From Felis catus (taxonomy: Eukaryota): DNA of 64,000 nt. Below the pieces are notes generated by a model. It was not told the origin of the DNA, did no database searches, and worked only from the letters and a program-made list of their open reading frames with translations. Location of the stretch: positions 37,078,001 to 37,142,000 of the forward strand of contig NC_058368.1 in NCBI RefSeq assembly GCF_018350175.1, in the 5' to 3' direction. This document shows, in pieces, positions 52,836 through 64,000 of the stretch. The position numbers and the translations under genes are program-made. Numbering within the stretch: position 1 is the stretch's first letter; every line of letters begins with the position of its first letter.

Positions 52836-53068
52836 GGGGTGCCTGGGTGGCGCAGTCGGTTAAGCGTCCAACTTCAGCCAGGTCACGATCTCGCGGTCCG
52901 TGAGTTCGAGCCCCGCGTCGGGCTCTGGGCTGATGGCTCAGAGCCTGGAGCCTGTTTCTGATTCTGTGTCTCCCTGTCTCTCTGCCCCTCCCTCCTTCAT
53001 GCTCTGTCTCTCTCTGTCCCAAAGATAAATGAACGTTAAAAAAAAAAAAAGTTTAAAAAAAATTCAAA
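52836..53068 (+). mobile_element. Young SINEC_Fc-type CanSINE inserted in the tail of the older SINE
   Basis: CpG-rich; shares the acttcagccaggtcacgatctc variant with the 41997 copy; A tail. Confidence 0.96.
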
Positions 53069-53144
53069 ATAAAAACATATCCTGCAGTATTCTTCGAGTA
53101 AAAAATGTATTTACTGAAAAAAAAAATAACTGAGTGTGCTCATT

Positions 53145-53332
53145 TACAGTGAAGTATATCAGAGGGAAGGAAGTGGGGGGATGGGTGAAATAGGTGAAGG
53201 GGATTAAGAATACACTTATGATGAGCACTGAGTAATGATGTATAGAATTGCTGAATCGCTATGTTTTACACCTTAAACTGATATGACATTGTGTGTTAAC
53301 TATACTTGAGTTGAAATTAAAAACTTAAAAAT
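53145..53332 (+). mobile_element. Carnivore L1 3'-end fragment
   Basis: gggatgggtgaaataggtgaaggggattaag...gatgagcactgagtaatg...aaattaaaaacttaaaa. Confidence 0.85.
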
Positions 53333-53639
53333 TTTGGAGAGATCATTGTGGAGAGATCAAGACATGCATACAAATGACTGGAAATGGAAAATGACTTTAA
53401 GGAAAGCTTTCTAATGACTTTAAGGAAAGATTTCTCATGGGGATCTTGGTGTATCTCACCAAGTACCAGTCGTTTAAATTTTGGAGCTTTGGGTTAACGT
53501 TTTACCTAAGTTGTAGTGTCAAAATTCTGTTGTTCATTTGATACATTTATTAGGAAAATAATCATAGCCACTAGGTTATGCCCACAACCACCATGCCCCC
53601 AGATTATTTTTCATGAGTTTCTCACATTGCAATATCCGT

Positions 53640-53890
53640 CAATTTTATTGAAATATAATTTAATTATGGTAAGATGCACCTGTTTTCAATATAATGGCAT
53701 GTGAGTTTTGGTAAATTTATGCACCTGTGTAAGATGACCATGGTCAAGGAGTAGATATTTCTATCACCAAAAAGTTCCCCTGTGCAAGTAACTCTGACTC
53801 TCAGACCCAGTCAAATGTTGACTTATTTCTATAATTATAAATCAATTTTGACTGTTTTAAAATTTTACCTAAATGAAATCACATTATTTG
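53640..53890 (-). mobile_element. Old L1MC/ME 3'-end fragment
   Basis: aattttattgaaatataattt...gagttttggtaaatttatgcacctgtgtaa. Confidence 0.65.
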
Positions 53891-54149
53891 TACATGAAAA
53901 ATGCAGACTTAATGCTTTTTATTAATATGATCTATGTTTATTTTAAGTTCAAATTTATTTGAGTTTATTTTAAACTCAAATAATATAAAGCAGGAGAAAA
54001 TAAGATTTCCAATATCATTCCAAACCATACCACCCAGTTTTATTCATGTTATATAAGAACATGATAATTATTTATTTCCTGATAAATCTAGATAAATTTC
54101 TATCATTTAGGTTGTTTTAATGTTTACTTTCTTCGCTGAATTAGTGCAT

Positions 54150-54366
54150 GTTTTCAGTGTTTGCATATTTCTATCCAGCTAGAAGGAGAATTTTTTTTTT
54201 TGGTAGGTTACCGAATCAAAGTGTCTTTCCTAGAAATTTTTAGAAGTTATTCCATTTCTTCTGGCATTGATTGTTGCTTGGGTAATATCTGAAATTAGTC
54301 TAGATTGAATTTTTCTCTCTTTTAGATGATTTATTTTTATACCTGGATGTCAAAAGTATTCCTTTA
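54150..54366 (-). mobile_element. Ancient HAL1/L1ME ORF1-like relic, apparently continuing beyond 60270; host of the large L1
   Basis: ttctggcattgattgttgct...cctggatgtcaaaagtattccttt joins atctttacagttcaatag across the L1 insertion. Confidence 0.45.
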
Positions 54367-54993
54367 AATTTTTTTATTTTTTTATTGAGGTATAATTAAT
54401 TGACATATAATATTATATTAGTTTCAGGTATAAAATATAATGATTCAATATTTGTATATGCTGTGAAATGATCACTATAAGAAGTCTAGTTTCCCCATAT
54501 AAAGTTGCATAATAGGTAATACCATATTACTGACTATAGTCACTAATGTGTACATTGTATCTAGATGCTTTTTTATTTATTTTATGACTGGAAGTTTGTA
54601 CTTTTTGGCCATCTCACATTTCTTTTACCCTCAAGCCCCCTCCTCTCTGGCATCCACCAGTCTGCATCTATGAGTTGTTTTGTCTTGTTTTTTAAATTCT
54701 ACATGTAAGTGAAATCGTATGGTGTCTTTCTCTGTGATTCATTTCCCTTAACATAATATACTCAAAACCCATTTATGTCATTGCAAAAGGCAATATTTTC
54801 TGCTTTTCATGGCTGAGCAGTATTCCATTTTCTTTACTCATTTCTTTATTCAATATACCACATTTTCTTTATTCATTTGTAGGAGTGCTGACAGCACTGA
54901 CTCCATCTTTGGCCCTCCATGTTCCAGGCCCTGACATTGGAAGTTAATGTACGCCCTGACCAGATTGTGAGAAGGCTTGTTCTGATCTTCCCT

Positions 54994-55143
54994 AGAGTGG
55001 CACCACTTTATAACTTGTAGAGATGACTCACACACAGAAGGTGCCACTTTAGAAACTAGTAGAGATGACTGGCATACAGAGGGTGTGACTTTCAATAACT
55101 AGTAGAGATCCTCTGGCACAAAGATGGTGTTCACTTTAGATAA
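54994..55143 (+). repeat. About 3.5 tandem copies of a 41-44-bp unit (cacttt..aact.gtagagat...) in the LTR U3 region
   Basis: Direct reading; also visible as 14-aa periodicity in ORF 54850..55095. Confidence 0.88.
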
Positions 55144-55159
55144 GTATTCTTTGATCTCA

Positions 55160-55313
55160 TTATTGAAGAGACTGTCCTTTCCACATTGTGTAGTCTAGCC
55201 TCCTTTGTTGTAAATTAATTGGTCATATACACTTGGGTTGATTTCTGGGCTATTTTGTTCCATTAAGTTATGTGGCTGTTTTTATACCAGTACAATACTA
55301 TTTTTATTACTAT
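55160..55313. repeat. 154-bp direct copy of 56376-56529 (L1 ORF2 sequence) inside the LTR
   Basis: Manual ungapped alignment: 9 mismatches in 154 bp (~94%). Confidence 0.93.
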
Positions 55314-56676
55314 GCCCCTTCATCCTATAAAAACTATGGATTTGGATCCAGACTGTGTAGAGAGTAGCACCTAGATTGTCCGTCTACTCACACCTTCTGC
55401 CAGTGAGTTACCCTAAATTAAACTCTAAATGGTGTGGCATGGCTTTGTTTTTCAATCTGAAAGTATCTCTTCAGTTTGGTGGATACTTTTATGACTCTCT
55501 TCCATCTTCTAACACAATTCATTCATTGATGAACACTTTGGTTCTTTCCATATCTTGGCTACTGTGAATAAAACAGCAATAAACATAGGGGTGCATATAT
55601 CTTTTCAAATTACTGTTTTCATTTCTAGAGATAAATACCTAGCAGTAGAATTATTGGCTCAAATGATAGTTCTATTTTTAGTTTTCTGGGGAAACTACTT
55701 AATGTTTTTCATAGTGGCTGTACCAGTTTACATTCCCACCATGTAAAGTACATGACGGTTTCATTTTTTCCACATCCTCACTGATACTTGTTATTTCTTG
55801 TCTTTTTGATAATAGTCATTATGATAGATACGAAATGATGTCACAGTGTGGTTTTGATTTGCATTTCCCTGATGATCAGTGATGCTGACATTTTTTTCAT
55901 GTACTTGTTGGTCATCTGTATGCTTTTCTTGAAAAAATGTCTGCTCAGAGCCTCTGCCCATTTTTGATTAGATTGTTTAGGGTTTTTTTTTTTTTTATTA
56001 TTGTATGAGTTCATTATACATTTTGGATATTAACCCCTTATTAATTCTATGATTTGCAAATATCTCATCTCATTCAGTAGCTTGCCTTTCTATTTTGCTG
56101 ATTATTTCCTTCGCTTGTGCAGAAGCTTTTTAGTTTATATGGTTCCATATGTTTATTTTTGCTTTTCTTGTCATTGCTTTTAGAATCAGATCCAAAATTT
56201 ATTGCTAAAACTTATATGGAGGTGGTTACAGCTGCTATTTTCTTCTAGGAGTTTTATGGTTTCTGGTCTTATATTTACATCTCTAATCCATTTTGAGTTA
56301 ATTTTTGTGTATTATGTAAGATATTAGTCCAATTTCATTCTTTTGCATGAAGCTGTCCAGTTTTCCCAACACCATTTATTGAAGAGACTGTCATTTCCAC
56401 CTTGTATAGTCTAGCCTCCTTTGTTGTAAATTAATTGGTAATATACACATGGGTTGATTTCTGGGCTATTTTGTTCCATTGAGCTATGTGGCTGTTTTTA
56501 TACCAGTACAATACTATTTTGATAACTATAGCTTTGTAATATAGTTTGAAGTTCCAGAAGCGTGATGCCGCTAGTCTTGTTCTTTCTCAAGATTGCTTTC
56601 GCTGTTTAGGATATTTTGTGGTTCCATATAAATTTTAAAGTTGTCCTATTTCTGTGAAAAATGTCATTTGAATTTT

Positions 56677-56888
56677 TAATGGTTTTGTTTTTTATTTTTT
56701 ATTTTTGAGAGAGACTGAGCATAAGTGTGGGAGGGGCTGAAAGAGAGAGGCAGACACAGAATCTGAAGCAGGCTCCAGGCTCTGAGCTATCAGCACAGAG
56801 CTGGTCGCGGGGCTCGAACTCACAAACTACGAGATCATGACCTGAGCTAAGATGGGATGCTTAACTGACTGAGCCACCCAGGTGCCTT
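56677..56888 (-). mobile_element. CanSINE nested in L1
   Basis: Full body; TSD aaaatg(t/c)catttgaatttt. Confidence 0.93.
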
Positions 56889-59800
56889 GAAAATGCCATT
56901 TGAATTTTGAAAGAGATTGCATTAAATCTACAGAATGCTTGGGGTAATTTTAACAATATTAATTCTTCCAGTTTGGAAGATAGGCCTGTATCACTATAAA
57001 CTTCTCTCTTAGAACTGATTTTGCTGCATCCTATAGATTTGGTGTGTTGTTTTTGCCTTTTAATTCATTTCAGGGGTTCTTCTTTGATTTCTTGGTTGAC
57101 CCATTGGTTTCTCAGTAGCATGTTGTTTAATCTCCACATGTTTGTAATTTTTCCTGTGGGTTTTTTTTTCTGTGATTGCTTTCCAGTCTGATACCATTGT
57201 AGTCGAAAAGATGCTTGATATAATTTCAATATCATTAAATCTATTGAAACTTTTTTGTGGCCTCACATTATCTATCCCGGAGAATGTTCCACTTGTACTT
57301 GAGAAGAATGTGTATTATTCTGCTTTTGGTTGGAATGTTCTGTATATATCTATTAAATCCATCTGGTCTAATGTGTCTGAAGGCCAATGTTTCCTTACTG
57401 ATTTTCTGTCTGGATGATCTATCGATTGATCTAAGTGGGGTATTAAAGTCCCCTGTTGTCATTGTATTGCTGCTGATTTTTCCCTTTAATTCTGTTAATG
57501 TTTGCTTTATATATTTAGGTGCTTCTATGTTGGGTGCATAAATATTTATAGTTGTTATAGCTTCTTACTAGATTGACCCATTTATCACTATGTAATTCCC
57601 ATCTTTGCTTTGAAGGTCTATTTTATCTGATATTGGTATAGCTTCCTCAGATTTCTTTGCTTTCCATTTGTATGAAATATATTTTTTCATCTCTTCACTT
57701 TCAATTTGTGTATCCTTATACCTCAGGTAAGTCTCTTGAAGGCATTATAGATCACTCTTGTTTTTGTTTTGTTTTGTTTTGTTTGTTTTTATTTATACTC
57801 TCTATCACTTTTGATTAGAGAATTTAATACATTTACATTTGACTTTAATTACATTTACATTATAGGTAAGTATGTACTTATCACCATTTTGTTCACTGTT
57901 TTCTGACTGTTTTATACTTCCTCTCTGATCCTTTCTTGTTCTCTTCCCTTGTGGTTTGATGCCTTTTTTTGAGATTTCATTCTCATTATCTTTTATTTAT
58001 CTACCACTGGCATTTGCTTTGTGATTACCACAAGGCCATTGTATATCAGCCTACATATATACCAATTTATCTTAAGTTGATCACAAGTTTGAACACATTA
58101 TAAAACTCTACATTATTATTCTCCCTCTATTATGTTTCTCTTACATCTCTTTACATCTCTTTAGTTTGTATGTTCATTAATGAATTGTCATAGTTATTGT
58201 TATTTTTACTACTTCTGTCTTTTAACTTACATGTTAGCTCTAAATGATTATTAGTCCAGTGCCTTTACCGTATATTTACCTTTACCAGTAAGATTTTTAC
58301 TTTCTTATGTTTTCATGTTAGTAATTAGTGCCCTTTCTTTTCAACTTAACAAAATCCCTTTAACACTTATTGTAAGGCTGATTTGATGGTGGTGAACTCT
58401 TTTAGTTTTTGCTTGTCTGGAAAATTCTTTATCTGTCCTTCAATTGTGAATGAAAACTTGCTGGGTAGAGTATTCTTGGTTGGAAGTTTTTTGCTTTCAG
58501 CACTTTGAATATATTACACCATTGCCTTCTAGCCAGCAAAGTTTCTGCTAGAAAATGTGCTTATATTCTTATGATGGTTTCCTTGTATATAGTAAGTTGT
58601 TTTTTTTTTCTTGCTGCTTTTAAGATCTCTCTTTATCTTCAACTTTTGACATTTTAATTATGATTTGTCTTAATGTAGATCTCATTGGGTTCATCTTTTT
58701 GGAACTCTCTGGGCTTCCTGGATCTGGAGGTCTGTTTCCTTCCCCAGGTTAGGCAAGTTTTCAGCCATTATTTCTTCAAATAAGTTTTCTGTTTATTTCT
58801 CTCTCTTCTCCTTCTGGGACCTCTATAATGTAAATGTTGCTCCTCTTAACATTGTCCTGTGGATCCCTTAAGATACCTTCATTTTTAAAAAAATTATTTT
58901 TACTTTTTACTGCTCTGTTTGAGTGAGTTCCACTGCCCTGTCTTCCAGGTTAATGATCCTTTCCTCTGCTTCATCTAGTCTCCTGTTGAACCCCTCTAGT
59001 GTATTTTTCATTTCAGCTATTGTAGTCTTCATATCTTTGACTTCTATTTGGTACTTTACTATGTTTTTTATTTATTTGTTGAAGCTATCCATGGGTTCAT
59101 CTATTCTTCTCCTGAGATGGATGAGCATTTTTATGATCATTACTTTGAGCTCTTTGTCAGGTATATTACTTACTCCATTTCATTAAGGTTTTTTTCCTGT
59201 GGTTTTATCTTGTTCTTTCATTTGGAACACTTTCCTCTGTTTCTTCATTTTACTTGGCTTTCTATATTTTTTTATTTACTAGGTGAAGCAGCTATCTCCC
59301 CCAGTCTTGAAGGAGCAGTTACAGGAAAACTGAAGTATGATTCAATCTGCTGTTTGTGTAGTGCCTTGGGGTGGTAGACTGCCAAGAATTGTGTCTCAGA
59401 TTGTCTTAGTCCCATAGGGCCCAGAAATGTGTTTCTCTGGCCATCAGAACCAGGCAATCAAAGGATATCCACTGTGTAAACTGTATGAAGCTACCAGCTT
59501 TGATGGGACCACAGGTGAATGCCAGGCCAGGGTATACCTACCCACTGGATTTAGCAGGGAAGGGCCATGATGGAACACATGGCCAGGGTGCTGCCACCTG
59601 CCAGGCTTAGCAGGGTGGAGCCTCAGCAGAGTCCCAGATTGGGGCATGCAGTGCTAACAAAGCAGAGGGAGACTGCAAAAAATGACACCTACCAGTGCCT
59701 CCATCCCTGGAGAGAGTTCCAACAAACCCCTGCCCCTCTAGTAGATGCTTTGAGATTAGCCAATAATCTCCTTCACATGGGGTCTAAGTACTTTTCAGCC

Positions 59801-62800
59801 TACTGTTTTTGTACTAGGTCCCAGGATAAGTAAGTCTGTGTGCAAGCCCATTAAGAACAGAGTCTCAGATTTTTATAGCCCTTTATGTCTCCTAGATGTA
59901 AGCCCCATTGGTTTTCAAAGCCAGATATTTTGGGGCTTATCTGTCTGTGCAGTTCCCATGGTTTGGAGTGTCTGATGTGGTGCTTGAACCTTAACTCCTC
60001 AAAGATATGCTCTGCATTTGTGAGATCCCTCTCACTTGTGGGTTGTTGCACTGGGGGTGGGGTTTTTGGCAAGACTGTGTCTCTGCCTCTCCTACCTATC
60101 TTGATGTGGCCTTTTTATCCTTTGTTGCAGAGGAGGTTTTCATCTAGCTGACAGGTCTTTTTTAGAGAGAATTGTTCTATATGTAGCTGTAAATTTAGCA
60201 TATCCATAGAAGGAGGTGAATTCAGGATCTTCCTATGCTCCCGTCTTGAATTGCCTCCACCTTCCTTTATCTTTACAGTTCAATAGTTAGCCATAATTTA
60301 TCTTGATGTGCTTGTTTTTTATCAGTTTTTTCCATGAGGTATTATGTCTTTTAATCTGCCTAGTCATGTCTTCCTACATTTCAGATCCTTTTTCCTTATA
60401 TTCATTATCTTAGAGATATTTTTATTTTGGATCATTTTTGTCTACTTTAAATAATTTCACCTCCTCACTGGTTATTTCTTTATTTTTGCCTTTTTTTTAA
60501 CCCATTATGATTATGTCAAATCTTTTCTTATTCGTCTATGTCTATTCTATTCTTTATTATTTTTTAACTTAGACAGTATATTTGTAATGGAATTATTTAT
60601 TTCTATATTTGTTTCCATAAATTTACAGTATGTTTTCTCTCATTCTGATTTTTTAATAATATAATTTTGAGCTTTTTATGTTAATTTTTTAAGTTTCTGT
60701 AGCTCTTAGATAGTGCTTAGGTAGTGCTTTTATTTCTTTGATGATATTTTCTCCCATGCTGAATTCTTTGTCTCTCTTCTGCACATCTCATTTGTTCTTT
60801 TTCTTTGTTCATTCATTCCTTCAAATATGTGTATAGTATGTTTGCAAAATTGCCATGCCATTACTTTTCGTTTATTTCTCTGATATGGGTGTATTTATCC
60901 AAACTGGTTTTTTCTGATGAAATATGGGAGATGTCCCTTTGATACCCATCTTATTTGAGACTAATTTGCCTTTCCCTACCCCAGTTACCACTTCTTTCTG
61001 TTCATTTTCCTGAGCCCTGGCATTTCTGGGGTCCAGAAGGAGAGCTGGTATGAGGCTGGGTTCATCTAAGACTTTGGACTTTCTTGTAAGACCTGATTAC
61101 TTTTCTGTTAGTAGAACCCACTCTGTACAGACCGAAGTATAACTTTAGTTGGAAAGGGAGCTTAGTCTTCACTTTTCTAGCTTTTACCAAGAGGACATTT
61201 TCCCCAAATAGACCAGACTACCACCTTATCCACTACCTTTAGAAATGAGAGTAGCTGGAAGGAGTTTTGCTTAGTGTTTGGGCCATGAAAGTAGACATGC
61301 ATGGTTAAGCCACTCTTTCTTTATGGGAACCAAAGTACTTCTAAGAAGCATGAGCTCTGATCTGCTCTTGAACTCTATTAACTTTTATAACAGTGAGACT
61401 TCACAGGAGGAGGTCTTCAGATTTCCAGTTCTGGTTGTTACTTCATGGGGAAGTGAGTCTAAATCAATGTGTTGGTATTAGGAAGCCCACTACCTTGCAA
61501 CTACATGCCACATTCTCCTATGCAGTTTTATCAATAGCAGGGACAATTTTTTATCTCCATACCATGGTTCTTTTGCCTTGTTTTTTTGACAGATTCAGAA
61601 TCTGATTTAAAAAAATATAGGTATTGTTCATTGGCCCCTTTATAACCTCCCTCATCTCCTTCCCTGGTAGTGCAATGTCCTGGGGAATAGGAAGCCTTGG
61701 ATATCCCTCTTATCTCTGCTGTAGTTCACAAAGTGATATGTCAGAGCTTCTATTCATAAAATTGTGCCCCTTGACCTTTTTCATTATTAACTATCTTTCC
61801 TCCAAATTCAGAATATTGGAAGATATTAATGATGTATTATTCACTTACCTCTTTTTTCATTCTATTTTGGCAGAGATGGGAACAGTAGAAGGAGCTGAGC
61901 ACTTTTGCAAACCCAGAACCTTCCGTTTCTTGTTGTGACTATTATATTTTACAATTTAAGGCATAAAACTGTAACTGTTCCTTTTTTAACTGCTACTGGT
62001 ATATTTTTTAGCGGATCTCATTATATTTTGTGCGATTTATTAACTAGTGGATTCAAGGAATTCTGAAAGCTTACTATGCTGTTCCAAAATTTTCCAGATA
62101 TTACAAAGGATGCAGAAGTTTTAGTATACAGATATTCATAAAGTTGTCTAGATATAATTTCCAAAGTCTTATAAGCTTTATGATATCATGAACTTCAGTG
62201 AAAGAATTATGTTACAGAAATAGAGGTAGACATTTTGTGTTCTAAATCATCCAAGCAAGATTATCTTGGCTTTTTCTAATTATCCTTCCCTAGCTGTGTC
62301 CAGAAAGTATAGGAGCTAATCTCAAAAAGACCTCTCTTAACTATACCTTAATATTTTTAGATGTTGGAATAAACTAGTGATCAAAGATTATGTTAAATAA
62401 TTGGCAAGTAGTAGCCAAAGGATAAGTAACACCCTAATTAGACTCTCAAGGAAGGTTTAATCTGTGCCAGACTCACCCAGGAATCCTATTACCCAAAAGG
62501 TAACTTATTAATGCTAATTATGATTTATTTTTACCTAACTGCAGGGGATCTAATAATGATAGAGCAACATTAAGCAAATAAGACACAGGAAGGGTAGCAT
62601 AACAAATAAATGAAGGTCCCCAGTCACCTTTGTTTGACCTCCTGAATTTGCTGCTGTCTTTTTGGGTACCAGTTTTATCATTAGAGTTGGGAAATACACA
62701 GGTGTCCCTGAGTTTCTCAAAGAGCTGTGCTTCCTGTTAACTTTCTAAGGTGATTTAGAACAAGAAACATGTAAAGGCACTACAAGTTTGTAAAAATTTC

Positions 62801-63799
62801 AGTATGTAATACAGAATATTTAGCAGGAAGCGAATCACCAATAATTTAACTGTGTATTTCCAGAATGTGAGAGGATAAATAAAATGTTGACACTGTGGGT
62901 AATTTGATCACTGTGACCACTCAGCAAGCTAGTTAACAATCAAGCCATCACAAAAAACTGCAAAGGGAAAAAATGTTTTTTTTTGTGTTCAGCTTTTGCT
63001 GTCTGAAGTGTGAATGTGTCCCAGTGGGTGGATAAATGGTTGGATATTAATCATCCTTGCCTGCCTGGCAAAGCTTCCTGGCTTTCTTGGCTGTGAGTGG
63101 TACACTAGTTAGCTTGTTTTCTAGACTGGCAGCTGCCCATCCCCTGGAGAAGCACTCATGCATCTCTTTCCCTGCCTAAGGGAAAGTTTTACTTTTCCAA
63201 GTTTCATCTCTTACGCTGAAATCAGTGAAAGCAAAACCTGCTCACTAATGCCTTGTATTTCCATCTCATTCATCAGGCTTTAGTCTGACATGCTGGGATA
63301 CCTTAGCACAGTTTATTATTCCCATTCTTGGCCTGTGTTGCCCCAAGCAAAATCTAGCCAAAAGCTTAATAACACTTCCAGCTAGCTTCTCAGTATTCTA
63401 TTGTTTATTTTTACATATTGGTTATGTTTATCACTATCACACAGTGTCTTGTATATAATATCCACTCAAAAATGGTTTTTCCATAAATGATAATAGAAAC
63501 TAGTATCAATTTTTATGATTATTTTTATATATGGTAATATAACGCTTACAAATAAAATCTTTCTTACCTTGTGTTCTAAGAAGCAAAGTATATTTTTAAG
63601 TAAGCAAGCATATTTGTTTGAATTCTATAAAATTAATAAGACAATCCTTGTTTTTCCAATTGTGTCTTAGGAACCAAGGAGAAATAAGAATGTGTTTTGA
63701 TTTGATAATATTTCTAAATGAAGTAGGACTTGTACGATTTATCTGAATCATGATCTTTATCATCTGGTCTTATTTTAGCTTCTCTTTTGCATAAAAAGT

Positions 63800-64000
63800 T
63801 TTTTAAGTTTTTTTTAAATTTATTTATTTTGAGGGGGGGCATGGTAAAGGCACAGAGAGAGAGAAGGAGAGAGAGAATCCCACGTAGGCTCTGTGCTGTC
63901 AGTGCAGAGCCCAACACAGGGCTCAATCTCACCAACTGTTAAGATCATGAACTGAGCTGAAATCAAGCGTCGGATGCTTCACCAGCTGAGCCACCCAGAC
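63800..64000 (-). mobile_element. CanSINE, head cut by the window edge
   Basis: tttatttattttgag...aagatcatgaactgagctga...ctgagccacccagac. Confidence 0.9.

Larger units (their letters stand above)
54878..55514 (+). mobile_element. Solo ERV LTR (probably ERV1 class) inserted in the L1 3' region
   Basis: TG...CA termini interrupting ...tttattcatt|cattcattgatg; ~42-bp tandem repeats, TATAAAA 55326-55332, ATTAAA 55417-55422; imperfect 4-bp TSD catt/caatt. Confidence 0.8.
54367..60260 (-). mobile_element. Older L1 (L1MA9/L1_Carn-like) with both ends, RT core deleted, nested solo LTR and SINE
   Basis: 5' end ttcaagacgggagcataggaagatcctgaattcacc; ORF1 remnants ~58340-59230; endonuclease GDFNTPL ~57440; 3' end tttattgaggtataatt; short TSD ttccttta at 54359-54366 and 60262-60269. 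Confidence 0.88.

Noticed and set aside
54994..55143. CRISPR-like repeat-spacer array
   Set aside because: Whole units are mutually similar with no unique spacers; they lie in an LTR in mammalian DNA with no cas genes.

Overview
Mammalian genomic DNA, almost certainly a cat-family carnivore (young SINEC_Fc-type CanSINEs ending AATAAATAAACGTT, felid-type L1). The window is AT-rich and dominated by transposable elements: 18 CanSINEs, about a dozen L1 pieces, plus L2, MIR, LTR and DNA-transposon relics and microsatellites. I found no intact protein-coding gene, RNA gene or CRISPR array. The only recognisable cellular-gene sequence is a decayed, 5'-truncated processed pseudogene of THAP4 (nitrobindin domain) at ~37962-39342 (-). 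Most L1s lie on the minus strand and one well-flanked plus-strand candidate exon is present (21671-21848), suggesting the window lies in long introns of an unidentified plus-strand gene. I did not find a convincing new biological system. The most unusual structures are: a young L1 with an intact 5' end that is 3'-truncated, lacks a poly(A) tail, yet has a perfect 16-bp target-site duplication (TSD); a 154-bp locally templated L1 copy inside a solo LTR that itself sits in that L1; an L1 whose RT core is deleted at a hairpin junction; and three independent L1 breakpoints in the same ~60 nt of ORF2. Repeat-family names come from recognition of consensus sequences, not from a database search.
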